From: Candidatus Hadarchaeota archaeon
GTDB lineage: Archaea > Hadarchaeota > Hadarchaeia > Hadarchaeales > Hadarchaeaceae
DNA: 16,940 nucleotides
Assembly (NCBI GenBank): GCA_040755315.1
Contig: JBFMBF010000026.1
Coordinates: 1-16,940 of the forward strand
Direction: 5' to 3'
Part shown: one piece after another, positions 1-8,690 of the stretch
How positions within the stretch are numbered: the first letter of the stretch is position 1
Layout of the letters: every line of letters starts with the position of its first letter
Program-made: the position numbers and the translations under genes
The notes under the pieces: model-generated
What the model saw: the letters and a program-made list of their open reading frames with translations, nothing else
Databases searched by the model: none
What the model was told of the DNA's origin: nothing

Positions 1-3000
1 GAAGCAATGTCGACGTTTCCGAAAGTGTAATCTCCCGCGTACATGTCCAAGTACCAGCCGTTCATATTGATTGGCGCGCTTGTAGGATTGTACAGCTCTA
101 CATACTCTCCTGGGGTGCTCGTTGGGCTGACCTCTGAGATGACGACATGTTCTGCGATATCGCTTGGGGGGGTAATCGAAGTCACGTTGTCCGCCCTGAG
201 CTTCCCGGGCACCAGCGACCAGTTGACGTTGTCGTTCTCATAGAATCTGTTGTCCAGGCTCCAGTTCTGCTGCCCTGGGCCGCCAACCCAGGTGGTCTGC
301 GTCCACCAGTTTGTGTTCTCCGTGACCTCGACCATCCTCATGACTATGTGGTAAACGTTGTCTTTCACGAGCACGGCGGGGGAGCCGAAGCCAATGTAGT
401 TCCAGCCTGCGCCCGCAATCTCCACGCTGTTCTCCGCAGTGATGCTCTCGCCTGGGTTGCCGGGGCTGCTGACGTTGTCCCTGTGGATCCTGGCGACTAG
501 GCTCGCGTTGTTGTAGTTGTAAACATTGACCCTTATCCCATACACATTCTCGTCCCTGCGCGCGCGGAACCTGAGGGAGAGGCGCTCGGCGCCCAGGTTG
601 ATGTTGTCGCTCCCCAGGGTTGTGTCCACCTGGAAGTTGTCCCCCCAGAGGTTGTCGCCCGAGTTGGGCACCAGCACCAGGTCCCCGACATTGACCCTTC
701 CTGAGGTTCCAGAGTTGTCGTAGTAGCGCTTGGTGTCGCTCCACGCCAGCTGGCCGCTGTTCCCGCTCCAGTCGGTCTGCGTCCAGGAGTAGGTCTGGAG
801 CTGCTCGCCGGTCTTGTAGCGGAAGGTGACAGACCTTACTATCGGCGTGGCCCCCGCGTTGGCTCCCGGCAGCTTTGCAAAGTCGGCGCGATACTGGATG
901 TACTGGCTCTGGGTGTTTAGAGAATTCTCGGGCGTGACCTGAATCCAGCTCGAGGTGTTGTCAAAGCGAATGTAAAGCGTGAGGGTGGTGTCAACCATTG
1001 TGACGTTGTCAAAACTTACGTTGCGCCAGGTCACGACTTCTCCTAAATCGATGGTCTGGGAAATGTATGTGCCGTTGTTCTCGTAGTCTGGCATTGAATA
1101 CCTCCAGAATTCATTTGCGGCGGTCGACCCCCCGGCATCCGGGACATCGCTCCCGCCCTTGAGCCTGTAAATGGAGCCGCTTATCATGACGGCTGACCCT
1201 CCATCGTCCGAGCCGCCCGCGTCCACATATGGTTGCGGCATCAGTTCCTCCCAGCTATCGCCCGAAATGGAGTAGCGGAGGAAGCGGGTTTCATCGGTGT
1301 GCGGGAGCCCCTCCTTGTAGGCTCCAGGGAAGTGGTAGACGAAGTCCCCCCCGTCCCAGAGCAGGTCGGAGCCGTCGTCAGCCCCGTATGGTCCCTTTGT
1401 CAGTTGCTCCCAGGTGCCGGTCGAGACCTTGTAGCGCCAGAACTGTGCGAAGGTGTAGTCGCTCGACGGCGTCCACCCGAAGTGTAGGTAAATGTAGTTC
1501 TCGCCGGCGACCGTGACCCACTGCCCGCTGTTCCCGGGCCCATTCTTGGTCGGCGCCTCCCCCATGTAGGTCCAGGTGTCCGTCGAGATGGTGTACTTAT
1601 ACCAGTCATACTGGGTGTAATCGTAGCCTGAGCCTGGGAAGTAATAAAGGGTGTTCTGCTCGTCCCAGACGAACTCCGAGCCGTTGCGCGGCTTGAGCTG
1701 GGTGGCGCTGCCTCCCCATGGGATGGTGGCGCTCAGGGGTCCCACCCAGCCTGCCTGCTCAGTCCAGCGGTAGAGCTTCTGGCTGTTGTTCGTGGTGGAG
1801 CTCCCCAAAGCATAGATGGCGGGGTTGCCCGACGGGTCCTTGGCCTCGACTATCCCCTGCCCGTATGATGTGGAGAACGGGACGGTCTCGGCGTATGACG
1901 CGTTCCAGTCCGAGGACCAAATGTTCGTCGACGGGTCATACCTAGAAAAACTCGTGTCCCCGATGGAGTTGGTTCCGGGCGTCCCGCCGTAAGCCGTCCA
2001 CATGTAGACGTAGCCCCCAATTGTGGCAATCCTGTGGCCGTTCTTCTCCCCCACCCCGTCTGCCGGGTAGTTAAGGGTGGTGTCCCAGCCCTCCCCCCCG
2101 ATGCTGTACAGCTTCACGGCGCCGGAAACCACCGAAACATTTTCCGTCCCCTGCACGCTCAGCCCCGGGTTGAAGTCGCCGTTCATCGTGTGGATCAGAG
2201 TGCGCTCGGGGACATCCCGCCATGTCCCAACACTATCAAAATACCTGACCTGGATGTTCCAGACCTTGGGTGTCAGGGTGGGGTTTGTGGAAGAGAGGAC
2301 CACGCGGTACTGCAGGACCCTCATAATGCTGTTTTCCGAGAAAAGGTCCCCAATGTTCTGGCCCTTCTGGACCTCCTTCCATTCGGTCCACTTGTGTACT
2401 GGATCGTCCGTGACGTTCCGATCCTCGCCCGGCGGGTGGGTGGTGTCCCCCAGCCGGACCTCGACCTTCACGAAAGTGCCAGCCGGCGTGGTGTTGTCCC
2501 AAGTCAGGTTCATCCACTTGACCTTGTGACCTGGAGAGACTACAGGTGAAGTGTAGGCGCCCGGGCTTTTGTGGTTCTGGTAAACCAGCCTGAACGGCAT
2601 GTCGGCATAGTCGCGGGGGATGATTGTAGAACCGCTGACCATGAGGTTGTCCTTGTTATCGGGCATTGTCGCGCGGAATGCGCGGGAGGTGGTTCCGTCC
2701 CAGCTGAGGTTCACAGTGCCGCCCAAGTGGTTGTCAAGAGTGGCATTATCAATCGGGACCAGATAATAGTCGTAAGTCGTGTAGCCCTTGACTCTCAGGT
2801 AGACCCAGTACCTGCCGGAGAAGATGCGGGGCTGGCCCAGGGTGAACCTGTACCAGGTCGGCTTCTGCTCGCTGCTCACGTCGTTCGGCCTGAGCGTGAA
2901 ACTCTCGCCCCACGTGGTGTTCTCAATCCTCACCGTGAGGTTGTAGCTAGGGCTGCCCGACCTTGCAATCGGGACCTCGAAGGCCGTCACGGTCTGCGGG

Positions 3001-4760
3001 GAGGAAACGTAAAAGTTCTCGCCCCAGACATAATCGTCGCTGGACGAGCCGGTGGAGTAGACCTTCCCGGTCGAGTACTCGTAGTCGGAATAAAGGTAGC
3101 TGACGTAAAGGCCGTCATCTCCCATTCTTCCGGTGTCCCAGTAGTAGTAGCTGCTGGAGTAGAACTTGAAGCCCGCATGGTAGGGGTTGCCCTCCCAGGT
3201 GTTCGCGGGCGTCGAGTAACCAAGGACATAAAGCGGCTCGTTGTTGGGGAACTCCACCCAGCGAACGTTCACGTCGGGGTTCTCACGCCCGTAAAAGAGC
3301 GCCCCGCGGTTTTCATTGGTTACTCCTCCGTCCACCCAAAAGTCGTTTCTTGGTCCGGCAAAAGCAACGGCGTAGTAAGAGTACACGTTCGGGTAGTTGT
3401 ATCCCGCCTCCGGCAGCACAATCAGGTGGTAGACATTGCCGGCGGTGACTTGGGCGTTCAAATTCTCCGCATATACCCAGCCAGCGGTGGTAGCCGAGGA
3501 CCATATGCCGCCGCGGGGGAACCTGGACAGGCCCTGGTTGCCGTTGTCTATGATTTCACCAGGCTTACCATTGCGGTCCTTGGCGATCCACATCATGGCC
3601 CCCAAGTGCTCGTTCGCGCTGAAGTATGCATACTCGGAGAACGCCTGGTCCTCTGTGGAGTGCTTGAGCAATATGGACGCGATGCCGTCGCCCGATCTCT
3701 GTGTGTTGATGTAGGCTGTGGCGTTCCAAGTCCAAGACCCGGTGGCAGACACTGTCCTGGTGTCGAGAAGATTGCCGTACGCCGGCTGGTTGTTCCAATT
3801 CACCGTGTCCTCATCCCAAGTGTCGCTCGCGACGTCGTAGGCGTCGATAACCGGACTGGACCCCCCTGTCCCGACGTAGACGCTGGAAGCCGAAAGATAA
3901 AGCTCCGCGGTGCTGATGGTCTTGTCGGCGGGGATCCTCCTGAGGTCGAACTTCAGCAATCCCCTATAGAGCTTGCTCGTGGACTGCCCGGCCACGATGG
4001 CGTCGTCGTTACCGAAGTTTACTGCGTTGTCTGCCCCAGACTTCACCGTCGTGTCCTGGATTGGGTAAAAATAATCATAATATCCGGTTGTGTACGTCAC
4101 CCTGAGGGCTGGGTAGTTGGAGTCGTAGACATACACATAAACCCGCGCGTTCTCTATTGTGCCGGTTCTCTGGGCCACAAACCGCATGCTGAGCTGGTAG
4201 TCGTAGGCGGTGATTTCATACGTGCGCTCCCTGAAGGTGTTCGTGACGAACCTGTTGCCCCACCAGTTGTTTTCCAGCATTATCACGCCGTCCTCATCCA
4301 CGTAGATGTTCTCGCTCAGCCCGTTGTCGCTCTTCTGGGTGGCCTGCATCAGATCCAGCTTGGTCCTTTGCGAGACCACCGCCACCGCAGAGCCATCGCT
4401 GTCTGTGGAGGACAAATCCGCGGATACCTCGGTCATGGCCCCCTGAACGCCCGGCGACGCGGGCGAGGGGATGATGTTCATTCCTTTGCTGAGCTGGCGA
4501 GGGAACCCCGGCGCTTCACGGAAGGTGGGCACGGTCAGGCTGGTGGTCTCCCCCACTCCCATCTCGTTCAAAAGCTCCTGCATCCTTGTGAAGTCCGTCT
4601 CGATCTCCTTGGACTTTTTCATCTCCTCCTGATACAAGATCCTGGGGACGGTAGTCATGTAGTAGATGGTGCTGGACGCTATGAAGATTGCGACCATTAG
4701 AATTGCCGCTACAGATATCCAAACGCCCCGCTCCTCCGGCCGAAGGGACTTTTTGGGCAT
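1..4760 (-). CDS. Giant pilin-headed surface adhesin (>1586 aa, 3' end outside window): class III-like signal peptide, DNRLRE domain, Kelch propeller, DUF4082-like beta-sandwiches, lamin-tail domain
   Basis: Absent from the ORF track because there is no stop in the window. Manual translation from ATG 4760 (RBS-like GGGGGT upstream) stays open to base 3. N-terminus is MPKKSLRPEERG/VWISVAAILMVAIFIASSTIYYMTTVP. DNRLRE motifs: YRGLLKFDL..IP...ISTAEL and WDEDTVNWNNQP (~4112-3609). Six Kelch-like blades (~2090-1093). LTD motif HVVISEV..GEYVELYNPTSAPINMNGWYL starts at 149. Many N-x-S/T sequons. Confidence 0.9.
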   Translation of the reverse strand, partial: MPKKSLRPEERGVWISVAAILMVAIFIASSTIYYMTTVPRILYQEEMKKSKEIETDFTRMQELLNEMGVGETTSLTVPTFREAPGFPRQLSKGMNIIPSPASPGVQGAMTEVSADLSSTDSDGSAVAVVSQRTKLDLMQATQKSDNGLSENIYVDEDGVIMLENNWWGNRFVTNTFRERTYEITAYDYQLSMRFVAQRTGTIENARVYVYVYDSNYPALRVTYTTGYYDYFYPIQDTTVKSGADNAVNFGNDDAIVAGQSTSKLYRGLLKFDLRRIPADKTISTAELYLSASSVYVGTGGSSPVIDAYDVASDTWDEDTVNWNNQPAYGNLLDTRTVSATGSWTWNATAYINTQRSGDGIASILLKHSTEDQAFSEYAYFSANEHLGAMMWIAKDRNGKPGEIIDNGNQGLSRFPRGGIWSSATTAGWVYAENLNAQVTAGNVYHLIVLPEAGYNYPNVYSYYAVAFAGPRNDFWVDGGVTNENRGALFYGRENPDVNVRWVEFPNNEPLYVLGYSTPANTWEGNPYHAGFKFYSSSYYYWDTGRMGDDGLYVSYLYSDYEYSTGKVYSTGSSSDDYVWGENFYVSSPQTVTAFEVPIARSGSPSYNLTVRIENTTWGESFTLRPNDVSSEQKPTWYRFTLGQPRIFSGRYWVYLRVKGYTTYDYYLVPIDNATLDNHLGGTVNLSWDGTTSRAFRATMPDNKDNLMVSGSTIIPRDYADMPFRLVYQNHKSPGAYTSPVVSPGHKVKWMNLTWDNTTPAGTFVKVEVRLGDTTHPPGEDRNVTDDPVHKWTEWKEVQKGQNIGDLFSENSIMRVLQYRVVLSSTNPTLTPKVWNIQVRYFDSVGTWRDVPERTLIHTMNGDFNPGLSVQGTENVSVVSGAVKLYSIGGEGWDTTLNYPADGVGEKNGHRIATIGGYVYMWTAYGGTPGTNSIGDTSFSRYDPSTNIWSSDWNASYAETVPFSTSYGQGIVEAKDPSGNPAIYALGSSTTNNSQKLYRWTEQAGWVGPLSATIPWGGSATQLKPRNGSEFVWDEQNTLYYFPGSGYDYTQYDWYKYTISTDTWTYMGEAPTKNGPGNSGQWVTVAGENYIYLHFGWTPSSDYTFAQFWRYKVSTGTWEQLTKGPYGADDGSDLLWDGGDFVYHFPGAYKEGLPHTDETRFLRYSISGDSWEELMPQPYVDAGGSDDGGSAVMISGSIYRLKGGSDVPDAGGSTAANEFWRYSMPDYENNGTYISQTIDLGEVVTWRNVSFDNVTMVDTTLTLYIRFDNTSSWIQVTPENSLNTQSQYIQYRADFAKLPGANAGATPIVRSVTFRYKTGEQLQTYSWTQTDWSGNSGQLAWSDTKRYYDNSGTSGRVNVGDLVLVPNSGDNLWGDNFQVDTTLGSDNINLGAERLSLRFRARRDENVYGIRVNVYNYNNASLVARIHRDNVSSPGNPGESITAENSVEIAGAGWNYIGFGSPAVLVKDNVYHIVMRMVEVTENTNWWTQTTWVGGPGQQNWSLDNRFYENDNVNWSLVPGKLRADNVTSITPPSDIAEHVVISEVSPTSTPGEYVELYNPTSAPINMNGWYLDMYAGDYTFGNVDIA

Positions 4761-4813
4761 GGCTGACCCCCCAATAGAACATTGAGGCCATACTGCAATG
4801 CCTCTTTTGGAGA

Positions 4814-4827
4814 TATTTAAAAGTTTC
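4814..4827 (-). promoter_or_regulatory. Archaeal BRE/TATA promoter of the giant adhesin gene
   Basis: Minus strand GAAACT-TTTAAATA, ~55 nt upstream of ATG 4760, in an AT-rich intergenic region. Confidence 0.6.
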
Positions 4828-4842
4828 AAAAATTTGTGAAAC
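4823..4842. promoter_or_regulatory. 20-bp palindromic operator candidate overlapping the BRE
   Basis: GTTTCAAAAATTTGTGAAAC has 9 of 10 pairs complementary. An extra half-site TTCACAAATT lies at 4879-4888. Confidence 0.55.
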
Positions 4843-4920
4843 AGATTAATAGGTTGACTAAGCAACTCGTAAATTTCCTTCACAAATTATTCTATTAAAA
4901 TTATTTAAACATTTATAGAG

Positions 4921-4933
4921 TTAAAAAAGAATT
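4921..4933 (-). terminator. Possible oligo-T terminator of the minor pilin operon
   Basis: TTCTTTTTT on the minus strand, ~135 nt after the stop at 5064. Confidence 0.35.
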
Positions 4934-5063
4934 GGGTCAGATTCACCTAAAACGGCCCGAATTTTGTACCGGCCCAGACCGCACGCATAGTGTGACAGAT
5001 GATTAGACACAAGAACCGATTTAACTCAACTGGCCGTGATCGCCATCAAGCACGCCACGCAGC

Positions 5064-7010
5064 TCAGGTTCTTCCTCCCGGGAAGAACCCTGTGGTAACG
5101 TCCAGCCATATCGCGCGCTCGGTGTAGTAAATGTCCTGAACTGACGGCTCGTCCACATTTTTCCCGCGGATTATCAGGCTCACGGAGTCGTAGTCATAGA
5201 CTGCATATGGGCCGTAGGGGTCGTAGTCTCCACCCAGCTTGAAGTTGATCTCGGACGCGATCTTCTCCATGTAATCCCTCCAGAGGGCCGGCACGTCCGA
5301 GACTATAGTGATCTTCAACTCGTCGCGGTTGGGGTTGGCTGGCGGAAGCACACCATAATCAACCTTGTCCCTGTAAATCCTGAGCGAAGTGGAGCCCGTG
5401 CCCCCTGTGGTCTCCCCCATGACGCTCCCAGCCTTTATCTGGTAGCGGTTGACGGTGACCCTTATGTTGTTGCCTTCCGCTTCATTCACTACTATGAAAT
5501 CCTGGGGCTCCTTGATGGTGACCGCGTACCACCCGGTGCTTCCCGCAAGGTATACCATCCCTCCCTCGTAGACGTAGCTTCTCTCGGGCAGTTGCTGGTT
5601 CCTGGCTATGTATTTGATCGAGCCAAAATCCACCGTCCCAGTCGTCAGGTAAGCCAGGCGCTCCTGCCTCGTGTAGGTGAGCCTGAGCATGGGGCCGAAC
5701 CCTAAAACGTCCGCCCGGGAGTTTTCTTTTGTGGCAAAGGCGGCCCGGGTCTGGAGGGTCGTGGGGGTCCAGTCCTGCGGCTCCCGGAGGACGAAGCTCA
5801 CGTAACATGTGTACTCGATGGTGATGCTGTAAAATGTACCGCCGTTCGGGTTGACTCGGTACTGGGCGTAGCGGGCGTAAACGATTAGCTTATTGTAATT
5901 GTCGGAGCCTATGTTCATCCAAGGTGTCGGACTTGTCATCCCGAGATCATTGTCGAAGCGGACGTCTATCAAGGAGTTAGTGGATCCACTGTAATTCACA
6001 TAATTCCAGAAGGCATTGGGGTCTCCCGCGTCAAAAGCCATCGATGTGACCACTCCGATTCCGCTCAAGTAAGAACCAGTGCTGGCCCCCGTGTTGCTGT
6101 TGTACTTGCTGTAGTCGGCGCCCAACTTTCCGCTCTCCAGGGTTGCTTGCAGGGTGTACCAGTCATCCTGCTCCCACTTCCCCCACTTCCTGTACTTTTC
6201 GAACTCCAGCTTCACGAAAGGCGTGACGTCCCAGACCACGAACTCGCCCTCCCCGTCGACATCCTGGCGCTCCAGCTTGTAGTCCACATTATTATCGTGG
6301 GGCTGTCGGTTCCAAGTAATATTTTCGTCCCAGTTGTCATTCCACACTCCCCAGACCTCGACCACCATCGGCGGCATGACCTCAAGCTCCGAGTTCGGCT
6401 CCTCCATCAGGTCTACATCCTGGACATACATTATGAGCTCGGCTTTCTCTATCTGGGCATCGTACTGGAACTTGTAATCACTGCTGTCATACACGGCGAT
6501 ATCCGAGAGGTCAAACTTGAGGTAAGTCCTCATCCTGTTGTTCTCCGTTGTTGAGACGAGAAGCACGTCATTGTCATAATCGCTGGTGTTGTGGTAGGAG
6601 TTGGGGCTGGCCTCCCTGACGTAGGTCCCGAAAGTCCGCCAGTAGGGGTCGCCCGGAGAATAGAAGTGAACAGTGTCGTCATATTCTGCCTCCTCCGCAC
6701 CGTCTACATCCCTCGCGGAAGTGACCCTGAGTTCGGCCGTGGTTGATGAAGATATGGCGGCGCTTGGAGAAAGCGTCCCCATCATCAACGGCACAGTTAT
6801 TACTTCACCTGGGTCCAGCGAGTAGATCTCCTCCTGCATGTTCAGGAAGGACTCCCTTACCTCGTTCATGGTCTCGTGCTCCTTCTGCTTCCACTCCCAA
6901 GGCACCTGCTCTGAAACATACGCCACCAGAGCCATTGTCACAAGAGCAGCGACAATTGCCATGGCAACCATGGCCGAAACCCCTCCCTCTTCCATCAGAA
7001 GCCGGCGCAT
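5064..7010 (-). CDS. Minor pilin-like protein with inserted DNRLRE domain (~648 aa)
   Basis: MRRLLMEEGG/VSAMVAMAIVAALVTMALVAYVSEQVP..KEHETMNEVRESF pilin-like N-terminus. DNRLRE motifs RMRTYLKFDLS, IEKAELIMYV, WDENITWNRQP, WDVT and FATKE..PMLRLTY. The pilin-body motif GSIKY..N..SYVYEGGMV follows. ATG 7010 preferred over GTG 7019 because GTGGT upstream is RBS-like. Confidence 0.85.
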   Translation of the reverse strand: MRRLLMEEGGVSAMVAMAIVAALVTMALVAYVSEQVPWEWKQKEHETMNEVRESFLNMQEEIYSLDPGEVITVPLMMGTLSPSAAISSSTTAELRVTSARDVDGAEEAEYDDTVHFYSPGDPYWRTFGTYVREASPNSYHNTSDYDNDVLLVSTTENNRMRTYLKFDLSDIAVYDSSDYKFQYDAQIEKAELIMYVQDVDLMEEPNSELEVMPPMVVEVWGVWNDNWDENITWNRQPHDNNVDYKLERQDVDGEGEFVVWDVTPFVKLEFEKYRKWGKWEQDDWYTLQATLESGKLGADYSKYNSNTGASTGSYLSGIGVVTSMAFDAGDPNAFWNYVNYSGSTNSLIDVRFDNDLGMTSPTPWMNIGSDNYNKLIVYARYAQYRVNPNGGTFYSITIEYTCYVSFVLREPQDWTPTTLQTRAAFATKENSRADVLGFGPMLRLTYTRQERLAYLTTGTVDFGSIKYIARNQQLPERSYVYEGGMVYLAGSTGWYAVTIKEPQDFIVVNEAEGNNIRVTVNRYQIKAGSVMGETTGGTGSTSLRIYRDKVDYGVLPPANPNRDELKITIVSDVPALWRDYMEKIASEINFKLGGDYDPYGPYAVYDYDSVSLIIRGKNVDEPSVQDIYYTERAIWLDVTTGFFPGGRT

Positions 7011-7039
7011 TCTTACCACATGTATATTGTTTTTGAACT

Positions 7040-7045
7040 AAAAAA
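7040..7045 (-). terminator. T6 tract directly after the small pilin stop (possible internal attenuator)
   Basis: TAG-TTTTTT on the minus strand. Confidence 0.25.
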
Positions 7046-7540
7046 CTAGCTGTACAACACGGAGTTCTCCAGTGCAGAAAGCCTGCTGTACAGCAGAGTG
7101 CCGCCGGAGTAGATGTCGGTTATGGTTATTCTGACCTTGTCCCCGAGGTTGACTCTGGCACCGCTGTGCCTGATGCTGCCAACGGCGTTCTCCCCGGCCT
7201 GGAACCCTCCGGTCGGGCTCGAAAACACCCAGCTGTCCCAAGGCACGAAGTTCTCCCAAGCGCCATTCGGGTCATACCCCCTCACCAAAAACTCGCTGTT
7301 GGAGCCGGTCGGTATTCCCAAAACATCTCCCCCCCTGTGGAACAATGTTATCTTTATGTTGTTGGCGGGGAGCGGCCCCGCGTTCTCCAGCCTCACCTCT
7401 ATTTCCGCGAGCCTGTAGGGGGTCGTTGGCTGCACGAGCACCAAAACCGCGAGCATCGTCATTGCCGCAATAATAACGGCTATCAGGATGATCTCGCCTA
7501 CGACTTCAGATATCCCTCTCTCGCATTCAGAAAACGCCAC
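7046..7540 (-). CDS. Archaeal type IV pilin (Pilin_N/DUF1628-like), ~164 aa
   Basis: GTG 7540 after GGTGGAGG gives MAFSECERG/ISEVVGEIILIAVIIAAMTMLAVLV, a class III signal peptide. Contains the ITLFHRGGD motif typical of this pilin family. The ORF-track start at 7726 lies deep inside the upstream gene. Confidence 0.85.
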   Translation of the reverse strand: MAFSECERGISEVVGEIILIAVIIAAMTMLAVLVLVQPTTPYRLAEIEVRLENAGPLPANNIKITLFHRGGDVLGIPTGSNSEFLVRGYDPNGAWENFVPWDSWVFSSPTGGFQAGENAVGSIRHSGARVNLGDKVRITITDIYSGGTLLYSRLSALENSVLYS

Positions 7541-8690
7541 GCCTCCACCTTCTCCAACCGATAAAAGCTGCCAGCGCTCCCGCAAAGACCAGTGGCAGGG
7601 CAACCAGCAGGGTACTGGAAGACGGTTGCGGCGAAGCCTCCCCCTGCTGCCCGCCTTCGTCCGACCCGTAGTTGCTGACGCCGCGGTACCATCGGGCGGT
7701 GTCCATCCCCTCTCTGTAAAGGTCATCGCTGAGGCTCAGATATTTGCCAGTTGTCGGCCATGGCCAGTAGGACCAGGTCATGGGGGGACTGCCCGACTGA
7801 CCCTGACGCCTCCACTCCCCATCCCTTATCGCCCTGTAGACTCCGTTGTAAGTCAGGCGGATGGTGTTGTCTGCATCCTGCTTGGATATGGCAGGGTCCC
7901 TTGTCGCGACCCAGTAGAACCACCTGTTGTCGACCTTGTCGTCGGTGGTCCAGCCGTCAAATGGGTTCGTCTGCCTGATAAATGTTGGCATGACATATGG
8001 CCAGCCAGCGTATCCTGAAGTGTCGTTGTCGCTGTACAAAGGATTCGGGCCCCTGAAGTAGCTGTCCAGGTACCATTCGAGGCTCCCGTCGTCAGAACCG
8101 CCGTAGTTCTCCGGCAGTAGCGGGTACCATGCAGAGTCGGAGTCTGTGTAAGCCTCGACCTGCTGGTGAGAGTAATGGTTGGAATCAAAATATCTGTTTG
8201 CGTCGTAATATTTCCCGCTCTCGTAGTCCGACCACAGGGGGGCATCCATGCCCAGTGGCGGGACAAATTTCCTGTAATAATCGCGTACGCCCCAGTTGTG
8301 CGGCATGTACATGACATCGCCGATGTAGTGGAGGACCACGCCTATTCTGGTAATCGCGTTATCCAAGTCTCCGGCCGCCCAAGCGTCCCTGATCCTCTTG
8401 AATTCCAGATACGCGTTCTCCGCCATGTTGTACTGGTATGTGCCCCACTCCCCAGTGACGCTCCGCCAGTCGTCCGGGGACAAGGAGGCGTTGTAGATTG
8501 CATCGCTGTCCACATTCTCCTTGATGTTGTCCGGCATCGACCTAGTGTTCCTAAGGGCGTTGCTTATTATTATCGCCTGATCGTGGTGGACAGAGCTTCC
8601 CCAGGCAGCGCCCGCCGGTGCAGTTGCCAGGGCCAGCAGTACTACAAAGGCCAGCGAAAGCCTCCTTGCCAGGCAAGATGCCTCAGACAA
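7527..8690 (-). CDS. Secreted, C-terminally anchored Zn-dependent phospholipase C / S1-P1 nuclease superfamily hydrolase
   Basis: Signal peptide ending AGAA/WGSSVH (W1..H6), then SPDD, HYIGDVMYMPH and HQQVE metal-ligand pattern. A G/Q/S/P linker, a TM helix and an RRWRR tail follow. TTG 8690 has a GGAGGT RBS (alternative TTG 8699). Confidence 0.8.
   Translation of the reverse strand: MSEASCLARRLSLAFVVLLALATAPAGAAWGSSVHHDQAIIISNALRNTRSMPDNIKENVDSDAIYNASLSPDDWRSVTGEWGTYQYNMAENAYLEFKRIRDAWAAGDLDNAITRIGVVLHYIGDVMYMPHNWGVRDYYRKFVPPLGMDAPLWSDYESGKYYDANRYFDSNHYSHQQVEAYTDSDSAWYPLLPENYGGSDDGSLEWYLDSYFRGPNPLYSDNDTSGYAGWPYVMPTFIRQTNPFDGWTTDDKVDNRWFYWVATRDPAISKQDADNTIRLTYNGVYRAIRDGEWRRQGQSGSPPMTWSYWPWPTTGKYLSLSDDLYREGMDTARWYRGVSNYGSDEGGQQGEASPQPSSSTLLVALPLVFAGALAAFIGWRRWRRGVF

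Noticed and set aside
43..2549. Many short ORFs on both strands over the giant gene
   Set aside because: They overlap a continuous minus-strand frame with recognisable domains
2571..4700. 709-aa plus-strand ORF
   Set aside because: Antisense shadow of the giant adhesin: V/G/R/H-rich, no motifs, as expected opposite a GC3-biased gene
4516..4791. 91-aa minus-strand ORF
   Set aside because: Wrong frame. The frame from ATG 4760 has the RBS, the signal peptide and stays open.
7541..7726. Long N-terminal extension of the small pilin
   Set aside because: It lies within the hydrolase gene. GTG 7540 gives a proper short class III leader with an RBS.
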